64,000 bases of DNA from Lingula anatina. Its lineage: Eukaryota > Animalia > Brachiopoda. A model generated the notes under the pieces. The model had not been told where the DNA came from. It ran no database searches and saw nothing but the letters and a program-made list of their open reading frames with translations. This document shows positions 53,026 to 64,000 of this stretch, piece by piece (positions within the stretch are counted from its first letter, which is position 1; the number at the start of each line of letters is the position of its first letter). The stretch lies in contig CM120641.1 in NCBI GenBank assembly GCA_051362555.1, positions 27,720,401 through 27,784,400 on the forward strand, written 5' to 3'. Both the position numbers and the translations under genes were made by a program.

Positions 53026-56000
53026 TTATAAACACTGCTCACAAACTGCAATTTGACCTTTGATATAGTTTCTACATGGACATATCCGTCGCTGTCCTTC
53101 CTGAGAGCCTACGCAACTGAAAAGCATCGGGTCTGTCTGGAATGTACATGTCCCAGAATCCTCGTGCAACGAGGGGTAGAAAATATCTCCTGAATGCTGC
53201 GACTTTGTGCACTCTACATTCATCTGTTTTAGTTTGTCTTTATTGTTGACCTTGGTAAAGTGGGAAGGTTCACATATCAACCCTGAATCAAAAAAGAGAG
53301 ATGCATAAATGAAGCTGACTTTGAATTTAGTTAATATGTTCTATGTATAACCCAACCATCTAGCATATAAAAATGAGAGAGGATTTAAAAGTAGATGGGC
53401 CTATTTCACTAAAGAAACTTAGCCTTAAAATAGGTCTATAATTTGATTGAGACCAAAATTTTAGACCCCATTCCCATAGCTAGATTGATCTAGCAGAATC
53501 GACCCATATCCAAGGGGTTTCTTGCCTAATTGCTTTCAGCTTAAGTGGCTTAGGTGTCTGGCACACCTACTGAAACTATTAAACGATAGTTAACAACCCA
53601 CCTAGCAGCTTCGGTAAGCATGCCAGACATCATAGCTGCTTAAGCTAGAAGCAATTTAGTGAAAAAACCTCTCGGACATTGGCTGATCATGCTAGATGGA
53701 TCTAAGTATAGGAACGGGGTCTTAATCAACTTTGACCCGAGCTTAATCAATAATTGTCCTGACCAAGACGATGAAATAAAAATAACAAGGAAGATAATGC
53801 TAGTATTGCAGACCAATGCTTCATTTTTATGTAAATTATGTTTAAGTGGACTAGACCTAATTTTTGGTTGAAAAGTTCTGACCGAGAACCAAGAAAAATT
53901 CTTTATGGACACTGACCCTGATACTTGGTATTGGTACAAGACTGATTATTTTCATATGGTACCTGCTATTAACACCTATACATGAGCATAATCTTGCACC
54001 ACATATTGGTATGAAATTGTCTAATCTGATGCCTAGTCCAAGTACACAAGAGTCAACGTAATTTTGTGCCATGTATTGGTATGATATTGCCTAATCTGGT
54101 ACCTAGTACTGCCACGCGAGAGTCTAATTTTATGCCACGTATTGGTGTGATATTGCCTAATCTGGTACCTAGTACTGGCACATGAGAGCCTAATCTTGGG
54201 CCATATATTGGTATGATATTGTCTTATCTGGTACCCAGCACTGGCACACCAGAGTCTAATTTTATGCCATGTATTGGTATGATATTTGTCTAATCTGGTA
54301 CCTGGTGCTGGTACATGTAAGACTAGTGTAATCTTGTACCATGGTGTGGTAAAAGATTGCTGAATATGCCTGGCCCTTATACAAGACTACCCAATTACTC
54401 TGATATCTTACTGATAAAAGATAGCCTTAACCAGTACCTAATTAATCTAGCACTGGATCATTAGTGTAAAATTGTCAGATCTGGTATCTGGCACTGGCAC
54501 CACAGTGTAGTCTGTAAGGTGTTCCTAGATATTGTTTCAAAACATTTCCACACTTGTGCTTGTAATTTATGATTAAAGATTTAGTTTTAAAAAGGCTGTT
54601 AGGCAGTTTGAAAAATTGCAAAGATCAGATGAAGGTGGTAAGTTTATATGTCAATTTCAGGTTTATAGTTAATAAATGTGTACTAATCTTAAAATCATGT
54701 TCTAAGCACATGTGTTTCACACTTACAAAAAAAAAAAAAATAATAATGCAGCACATGCCTGGCAAATTACTTATTATACTTTGTGTGCATTTCAAATTTA
54801 AGTTTTTGTGCAGTATAAACATACAGTTACATACTCCCTTGTAACATGCCAGTGTTTGGTTAAGTACTGGTAGCATAATTGTGTTTCAGGAAAACATGCA
54901 TGCTGGTGATCTACCATCTTGGAAATGATGTAGCTCAAGCACTTTCTTTGGTCAAAATTTCTGTTAACTTTATATTATTTTGTTTAGGTCTATCACCGGG
55001 AGTAGTAGCAAGTGGGATGCCACCTCCAGACACCCCTGGGCCTTCACCCCAAGATTAAGAGCTTCAAAAGTATTTTAGTTTGTGCTCACTGTTGTTGTAT
55101 GAACCCTGTTATTCTCTTAATGAGACACCAAATGATTATGCCAGCTGTAAATGCTCTTTACAGGTACTTTCAGAGACAGAGCAAAAATATGAAGGACATT
55201 CCATTTTATATTGCATACCAGTCTTCAGTACCTGCCTGTGTGATTGTAACGTTATGCATATTGATTTATGATACAACAGAATGTACTGGTATTTCTCATC
55301 AGCAAGACTTGATATTTTAGTATATATTATCTTTATTATATGTGCATTAGTCTATATTCATCTACATGAAGAACTAGAGGATCAGAGAGGCGATACCGCC
55401 TCCGAATATTGTACCACCAGCTGGAGCAAGCGCATTGGTATAGACCCCCACATACACAAAAGAAGGGACACAGCCACCAGTCTTATGCTTGACAAGCTGT
55501 AAAAATGCAATCAACAAGAATTTTCAAAATATGCAAAAAATATATATAACTTAAAATGGTACAATCAAAGTTAAGTTCATCGTAAGGTAGGTCAAAGGTC
55601 AATTTCAAGGTCACAGTAAATTGCCATTATATGACTTCCTATTCAACTTTAATGGTAACTATGGACCTATCTCTGCCAGGTTTGGAGATAAAAGAGAAAG
55701 AAATTTGCAAAATTCAGTTCATAGTGAAAAGTAGGTCAAAGGTCAATTTCAAGGTCACATTTAAATTGCCAGTATATGACTTTCCATGCAAGTTTAATAG
55801 AAACTATGGACCTATCTCTGCCAGTTTTGGAGATAAAAGGGAACCAAAATTTGCAAAGTTCAATTCATGATAAAAAGTAGGTCAAAGGTCAATTTCAAGG
55901 TCACACTTAGATTGCCAGTATATGACTTTCCATGCAAGTTCAATAGAAACTATGGACCTATCTCTGACTTCTTATTCAAGTTCAAAAGTAACTATGGACC

Positions 56001-59000
56001 TATCTCTGCCAGTTTTGGAGATAAAAGGGAAGCAAAATTTGCAAAGTTCAATTCATGGTGAAAAGTAGGTCAAAGGTCAATTTCAAGGTCACATTTAGAT
56101 TGGCAGTATATGACTTCCTATTCAAGTTCAATAGTAACTATGGACCTATCTCTGCCAGTTTTGGAGATATAAGGGACTAAATGTTATAATTTTGGAGTTA
56201 CCTTAATGTGCCATAAATTTCCTACAGAAAAAATTAATTAAAATAAAGAAAAGGTCATTTTGGTCGAAATTCTTGAAATGGGAGGTGCTCTGAAGTTCCA
56301 GAAGTTCAAATTTGATGAAATAATGTCATTTTTGACCACAAGTTATCTGCTTTGCCAAGCCTTATGTTTTATTTTTCCAGAGTTCAAAATTTATTATCCA
56401 TTACCGTACTGCACATTTTGCTTTCACCACCAATATGTACTTTTTTATACAGCGTAGCTCGAAAACTGTATGGAATACAAAAAAACGGAGACCACCTTCA
56501 GTGTTGGGCTTTACATGCTCTACAAAATGCAAACAAGGCAGCAAAGCTGTCAAATGTACAGACAAAAAGCAGGAAATAACTATGCACAAAATAGGCTAAT
56601 GTCAATTCTGATGCAAAAGTACATTATGTTAAACTGCAAATTTAACATCAAATTTTAATTATGCTCAACAGGTAATACCAATGTAAGTAAAATGTGTAAC
56701 AAGCATAAGGCTTCAGGCCCATGGGAGTTCAAGTTCACACTTTGAACATGTATAACTTCCAGAAAAAGAAGCCAATTAGACTGCTTTTCCAACTCAGGCT
56801 GCATGCCGATTTCGAACTTGACTTGCGTTTTAGTAAGATCAATTACTCCTGTGAGTTTCATGACAACAAGCCTATCGGTTTTTCTTGAAATGTGTTTACA
56901 GTGTTGCATATATGCTGAAAAGTGAAAAAAAAAGCATAACTTCTACAATAAAGGCCCGATCATGCTGATTTTTGAACTTGACCTGTGTTTTATGAATATT
57001 CATCAGCTCTGTAAATATAAAGCCCAAAAGTAAAACTGCCTTCCACTTATCGTGCTTACAATGAAAGTGCACGGCGACGGCGATGACAGCAACGACAGAC
57101 ACAGGTGATGTCAATATGTACAGACACATCTATATATATTTACTGTACTGTTTAAGAACAGTAATTGACATGGTTTTTCTTAAATGGTCATCATGGGAAC
57201 AGTGCCCAAAATAGGTTTTTTTCAAATTTTGATGCAATATTACATAATGTTTAACAGCATAATGACCATCAATTTTTAATAATAAAATATTAGTATCATG
57301 GATGTTCAGAAAATGTGACTAGCAAAGGTCTTCAGGCCCATGGAACTTCAAAGTCACAACTTGAAAATGCCAAAATGTAAACAAGACAGCACTGTTCTGA
57401 AATGTTTTTTTTTTCCATTTTTAACAATTTTTAACATAAAACAAAATTAACAGTTTACTGCCATTTTTATATGATCAACTAAGAAAATTGATGAGATGGG
57501 AAAAATATCAACAGAGCAGTGTTAAATGTCCAATTTCTTCCATTCTGAGATTCTGAACATAGTGAATGATTGAATCTGACAAACTGCAATGATATGAGTT
57601 TTTTTCTATTTTTGAAACTTTATTACACAATACATGATAACAAGTTTACCATCTTTTTTACAAAATCAACTAACAATGTTGTAAAGATGCAGGAAATGTC
57701 AAACAAACACTTTTATGTATCTTATTAGTTTAATAATGAGACTGTTAACATGCCTAAGAATTGAATCTGAGGAAATGTGAAAAATATGCTGAAAAGTGAA
57801 AAAACAGCATAACTTCTACAATAATGGCCCGATCATACTGATTTTCGAACTTGACCTGCGTTTTATGAATATTCATCAGCTCTGTAAATATAAAGCCAAA
57901 AAGTAAAACTGCCCTCCACTTATCGTGTTTACAAGGAAAGTGCACGGCGCCGGCATCGGCATCGCCATCGCCATCGCCATCGCCATCGGCGACGACAGAC
58001 GCAGGTGATGGCAATATGTACAGACACATCTGTGTCTGTACATAAAAAGAATGGGTCTCTAGCATTAACGGTTCCCGAATTAGAGACAGTTTTCAGTTTC
58101 GGTATCTTATGGCCGCTACTCCCGTTAAAATGCACTGATTGACCCCAAATTCACGGAGATGAAAGATGACCTGAAGGGTATCACTTTCCAATAATATTAT
58201 TGGTTAAGTCTGTGTGGTGTCTGAATAACAGCGCAAATAATTTTTTTTTCGTAAAAAAATTCATTTTTTTGAAAAATTTGGCCTGTTTGACCTTGAAATT
58301 AAGGTCAAAGGTCAAATCCAAGGGCATATTTGAAATCTACACATATGACTTTTGGAAAGCCGTCTGTAGACATTTTTCCCATAATTCCTTCCGTAGGGTA
58401 GATAATTAGCATTTAATTTTGCCATTTTTGGACAAGGGTGCATTGCAATGAATGCCACACCTAGACCCCAATACCGACAAAGCCCAAATTTTACGTGGAA
58501 CGAGTTGAGATTATAGGTGACCTAAATCCAAGAGATGGGTATAGGGGCCCTTACCGTCTAGGAGGAGAAGCGGTAACGATGACATGGCGGCGGAGCCGCA
58601 GGAGCCGGCGGAGCCGGCGGAACGGACCGGACGGGACTAAAACCATGTGTACCGCCAGCGCTAACGCTGGTGGTACAATAAGGTAGATGGAATTTGTTTT
58701 GGAAATAAGAATGTCCCTGATATTTCCAAAATATGCCTTTACACATTTCTTACTTGGGTAATTTAGTTTTGTGATTTAGGATATATGAGGAATATCTAAG
58801 TTCCAGTAACTTTCTTTTCATTTTATGGGGAAGAAGTGGGAGGGATAAAGAGGCAGATAAAGAGGCTGTTTTGCATTAAAATATTACACAAACCTATATA
58901 TATGAATGTCATTCTTTTTCCAATATATATGCACAGTCAGTGTTTGCCTCTTAGGAAAATAAGTTGCTGGACCGAAAGCTCAGCCATCTTGGAAATTAGC

Positions 59001-60651
59001 TGGCTAGAATGCCTTCCGGGTGGGAAAACTTCTCTGCCCGTTCTGAAAGTTGTCTGCCCCGGGCAGAGGGTCCAGCCTTAATTTCTAACACTGTGCACAG
59101 TCAATGTATGCATGACATTTTCATTTGTGTGACTCAGTAATCAATTTTGTTATAAAAAGGAAAATACAAAACTTAACACAAAATACAATTTTGAATGATT
59201 ATTATCTAGATCGGGCTAAAACATCATAATATGCATATGCTATGACTAGTATCTGTATTACCAAAGCATAAGAAGATGATAAAAAAATTATTATGATTGT
59301 TTTATTCTCTCATACCTGCACAGTACCACTTGATTGTTACTGATATGTATTATTGAGGGGCTATCAGCTTTAACTGCAAAAAACATATATAGTAGTAACA
59401 ACTGGGATTTGAGTGCACAACCTGCACCAGAAGTTGCTATTGTTTTTAATCAATAGCTAATGTACATTGTAGAGCCAAAAGTATCAATAAATACTGTTTT
59501 ACTGGGCAAAATTTGCTTTTTAATGACTTGTGAGAACTAATCCTTTTCTACCCAATACTTTCTAGAGGGGAACCACCTTTCAGAGTCTATATGGTTTGCT
59601 TAGTCTGTTGATTCTTTCAGAGTCAGATGGTATAGCAGGCATGGGACCAGTCCTCCCTGGAATAGTAGGATTAACACGATTCACGGGATTTACACGATTC
59701 ACAAGAATGACTCAAATGACCCTGAAAAGGTCGCAATTACAACAAAAGTCGGAAAAGTCTCATCAGTGGTATAGCCACTCCTTCACCCACCTGGTCTGCG
59801 CCAAATAGACCCTGTGATTTTTTCAGACAGATAAAAACATTAAAAAAATAAAAACAGTAAAATGTGCAAAGAATTTAAATCTTCACAGAAAACCCATTTG
59901 TATATAACTGAACTGTAATCTCAATGACACTGATGGTATAAGTATGGTATAAGGAGTGTTTAGATAAGGGTTAATTGATATGCGCAACAACTGAATTTTG
60001 TTCTGTAGATTGCAAAATCGCTAAATATCACACAGTTTATTAGAGTAACAGTCAAGGCCACTAGAGAGGATGGTCCGATTTGGCTGTTCCCATTGGCTGG
60101 CATGGGGATATGACCAACTCACTGCATTGATACAAAAAAGTTCAAGTCTAAGTGTACAAATCATAGCACGTTGGCAAGGAATACAAGGTTAGCAGAAACA
60201 AATTCAAAGTAATTACTTTAGAGTTTATAACATGTTTATAACATCCAAATATTTTACACTCACAAAAAATGGAATAGCATACTCATTTCTTAACATATTT
60301 TCTAGCCAGACTTCATAAATTAACTGATGGTAGTTTTTCGGTTTTAACATTGCATCTTATAGATATATGTTGTTGACTATGTCTTTCTAGCCAGGACAAA
60401 GATGGTGAAATACATCCTATGTGCTATTGTCACAATAACACAAAACTGTATGGATAATTAACAGTTATTCCTAACCTATGCTGATCAGCAGTGGGAAGAA
60501 TCACACAGAGACATCACCAAAGGTTTCCCACTGAGATTTTAAAAGTTTGAGGACCTAAGACCCAAATTACTTTTTCTTCTATCCTAAGAAAACCTAAGAT
60601 TAGCAATGAGGCAGTCTTGTACCAGTACTTGTACCAGGCATCAGACTATTC

Positions 60652-60686
<35 letters not shown>

Positions 60687-62960
60687 TAGTTATTTGCAAC
60701 TTAAATAGTTGTATTGTTCAATAATATAAATTGTTTAATTCACTAAATAGAATAAGATTAATAAATTGGTTATTAAAAGTGTTAAGGTGAAATAAAACAC
60801 TTGGGACTATGAGGATATTTAAAAATACATTAAGAGTCATTTAAAAACACACTAAAGTTATTTAGTCTTTAAAGGTATTCAGTGTCCATGGTCTTTGGAA
60901 AAATGATAGTTCTCAATTTTGGTAAGGTATATTTTTTAGCTTGGCATAGAGTATATGACATTTTTTTAATTTGCCTCAGGTAGGAGATGCCACTGGATCA
61001 ATAACAACAGGCTCAGAGCCAGGAGTGGTTCGAAGGATCCGAAAGAACCCCCCTTTTGCCAGGAAAAAGGTCGCCTCTGGGTAAAATTTCATCTAGGTAC
61101 ACGAAGGTTTCTTGGTAAAAGGTCTTCTTTTTCAGAAAAAGAACCCCCCCTTTTGAATTGCTGGCTACAGGCCTGAATGATGTGTTGCTTACCTCTATTA
61201 TGGCACACATCTTTACACGACTTGCCGGTGTCTGCTATAATTGTCTGGACTGCTTGATCTGGGACAAAACTTTCCACCGGAACCCTGCAGAAGTCCTGCT
61301 TTTCAAGGAATATATTGACACGCTGCAGCATGCCTTCTTCTGAATATTCATAAGGTAAGTATGGTTCAACCTGCAAGAATGAAAAAACATTTTTTTACAC
61401 AGTAACAAAACTTTTTCAAAAGAAGTTGAATGATTTAATACTTCAGCCAGTGATTCCTTTTTCAAGTTATCCATGAGTAACATCTTTTGCAAATGATCTA
61501 TTCCACATATGCACCTCACAACTAAAATGTCTCATCATACCTTTCTACTAAAAATCAACATTAAAAATAGAAGTATATAATATCAGATCTCAAGGCTGAA
61601 CAGCAAAACTTAAAGCTCCATTTGTGGCAGATGAAGTCTCCATGAAGCCATGGGTGACTCAAATGTGCCCAAATCTGTATCAATACATAAAAAAAACTAA
61701 AATTTTATAAAGAGAGTGATCAAAAGTTAAAGAGAAGTCAACAATGATATATGCAATTTGTGGTGAATGTATACCTGAGATTGCTGTTTGATTTTCCTCA
61801 AAACTGTCCGCAGTTCTTCAAGGTTATTAATGTCCACTGTATAAACATAAGGCTCATGGATGTATACCTCTGCATAAGGATGCTGGCTAGTAACCTGAAA
61901 GAAAAATCATACCTTGACTTCCCTTTATGAGAAATGTTTTCATTATAGATACACACACATAAGAGGGGCAGATTAAGACCATTGTCTTAAGATGTTTTGA
62001 GGTAATTGGCTAATGTTTTTTTTAACTGATGTCATATAAAATAGGTAAGCTAATGTCATGCACTTTTTTGAGTCTTCTAATCTGTTCACAAATAAGGATG
62101 TCATTATACTGCACTTATATTAATTCAATTTTTTTGACATCAGAGACAATATTTTTCATATTTCCATTTTTATATGCCATAAAAAATACTTGCCTGGGTA
62201 TAGTGATCAAATTTAAATAAGTTTTGAAAGAATGTCAACCAATCTACCAAAAATGTCAAAATCAAATCAAACCCTATCAATAACTCCATTCATGGAACTT
62301 CCAGTCCTGTCATGTTTATTTTACAATTCTTCTCTAAAAGTCAAGTTTCAATTATTATACTACCTCATGACCCCACTCTTAGTCTTATAGTCTCATCACT
62401 CTTTATCTTATATTTTATTAGAATTTCACACTAGTGATAAATGATTTAAATTTCAATCTATGGTCCATTCTACACAGCCAGTATAAGAATGCTGCTGTCC
62501 TGCAGTGGTCAATAATGTTTATTACACATCAAATATATCATTTTGACTGCTGACATTACATTTCATCACAAAACAAAAAGATATTTCCCAGTGGATTTTT
62601 TCCTGTCAGGATAACTCACTTCACGTTAGGTATCATTAGCCACAAAGCAATGCCATATTACCAATGAAGTCAGCAAAGCATTGGAAAGCAAAATTAATCC
62701 CATTGGAAAATGAGCAAAGAATTTTCAATCTACACAAAATACGGGGTTATTTTTTTTTTTTCATTACCTCCCTCAATGTTGGTTTCCCCTTGAAGAACTT
62801 GGTGTTTTGGCTTGTGTGTGGTGGGCTGAACTTGGGATTGAGGAACACACAGCCGGCTGCTATGGCTTCAAGTGGAGCTGGCCCTTCATAAGGGAATCCC
62901 AGGCCAACAAATATCTAGAAGAACAACAACAAAGACAAGTAAAACCTCATACTCACATAA

Positions 62961-63004
<44 letters not shown>

Positions 63005-63477
63005 CATGTGCATCCACAACTACTTGCTTGTGTGGTATTAATTTGCATGCATGCACGTGTGTACACGCAACTATTTGTTTGTGTGGCATTTGCATGAATT
63101 TGTGTGTGTGCAAATGTGTGTGTTTGTATATGCACATTTTTGGCATAGTAAAAGAAGGTTGAAACACATCTGGTCTTGCACTAGAAGCAGAAACCTTTCA
63201 CATGCGGACAGCAATCAACATCAATCTCCATGATAGTGTATGAGAGTCGATGCAAATATCAGACATCAAACTCACTTTGGACTTTCTCAAAAATATCAGA
63301 CATCAAACTCACTTTGGACTCTCTCAAAAGCTTCTGTATCTCGCCAGGGCTGAGGATTCCATGATTTATAACATAGGATGGCACCTCCTGTTTATCTTCA
63401 TTCTTCACACCCCCGGCATAAAATGTGGAATGAATTTCAAAGAATTCATGGATAATGTCAAGGTATTGCTTCTTGCC
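53026..63477 (-). CDS. MGAT5: Alpha-1,6-mannosylglycoprotein 6-beta-N-acetylglucosaminyltransferase (GnT-V, GT18), last five coding exons; 5' part outside window
   Basis: Exons 63477-63313, 62914-62768, 61894-61775, 61370-61193, 53282-53026 join in frame, all GT-AG. Motifs VINHGIL, FVGLGFPYEGPAPLEAIAAGCVFLNPKF, FFKGKPTLREVTSQHPYAE, EPYLPYEYSEEGMLQRV, LICEPSHF, RICPCRNYIKGQIAVCEQCL*. Confidence 0.95.
53463..53722. mobile_element. Palindromic MITE (39-kb family) in the MGAT5 last intron
   Basis: AGACCCCATTCCCATA...TATAGGAACGGGGTCT flanked by TTA/TAA; same internal palindrome. Confidence 0.85.
53925..54330. repeat. Tandem repeat, 66-bp unit, about 6 copies
   Basis: TATTGGT(A/G)TGATATTG recurs at 54074, 54140, 54206 and 54272, with looser copies upstream. 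Confidence 0.88.
55373..58681. mobile_element. Composite non-autonomous Helentron-like (HINE) element with ~146-bp core repeats and two nested related elements
   Basis: 15-bp inverted repeat TATTGTACCACCAGC (55407) / GCTGGTGGTACAATA (58666); terminal hairpin 58649-58676; CGG/GACGG-like simple repeat before it; tandem AGGTCAAAGGTCAATTTCAAGGTCAC units at 55589, 55733, 55879, 56067; nested copies at ~56697-57135 and ~57319-58046. Confidence 0.7.
60652..60686. repeat. (AAT)n microsatellite
   Basis: Directly visible. Confidence 0.95.
62964..63130. repeat. (GT)n microsatellite and degenerate TG/CA-rich tract
   Basis: Directly visible; source of several spurious VC/TH-repeat ORFs. Confidence 0.9.
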
Positions 63478-64000
63478 CTGGAAAATGAATGGGGGCCATA
63501 TGATCATATCAGTATGTGGATTATGCTGAAGATGCCTTTTGAAGATCACTATTTGTATTTAACTTTATCACAATGCATGTAACATAAGAAACGTTCATTT
63601 ATAAGTTGTTCTTGCATGTTTACCATTTCTGTTTCTTTATCATAACCCAAATTATCAACTTTACAGCTGACGCCTGTTTACTTATTGGAAAATGTCATTA
63701 CTGTCAAGCATTTAACAGAAATAATATTCTTACACACGAAATTTTGAGAGTCTGTAGGGTTTATCATTTACTGCCTTTATGGCAAATGACACAGTGATAT
63801 CATTAATACCTCTGTTCCAAGTTCTGGATGAGTGCACATAGTACTGTATCTTATATAAAAATTTGGACTGTTTTTCAACAGTGAGCTCTATAGTCATTGA
63901 ATTATTAACATATTTAAACTCTTTTAATGAAAAGAAAAATAGTACAGCTTTTTCATGCATATTTGAAATGTAAGGAATGCAATTTTAAAAATTCAACAAC

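Noticed and set aside
62807-63167. Several 60-96 aa ORFs with VC/TH repeats
   Set aside because: Produced by the (GT)n microsatellite.

Overview
AT-rich animal genomic DNA with spliceosomal introns; the repeat types suggest an invertebrate, possibly a mollusc or other lophotrochozoan (inference). 1-14 kb is a compact gene cluster: the last exon of an unidentified gene (+), TMED7/p24-gamma (-), head-to-head SLC25A38 (+), and convergent CEP20/FOPNL (-). About 14-36 kb is gene-poor, with MITEs, a minisatellite and tRNA-like relics. A two-coding-exon vasopressin/oxytocin-type GPCR (+) lies at 36.6-38.3 kb. It is followed by a dense repeat zone: a palindromic PIF/Harbinger-type MITE cluster, a 2.9-kb mini Polinton/Maverick with AGTAGT ends, a 6-bp TSD and a frameshifted virion-packaging ATPase relic, a spliced orphan element, and a TTAA-flanked Kolobok derivative with an open THAP ORF. 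The window ends with the last five exons of MGAT5 (-), whose last intron holds nested Helentron-like elements. All calls are from manual reading; no searches were run. I found no clearly novel system; the best leads are the mini-Polinton, the THAP-Kolobok and several splice-site oddities.
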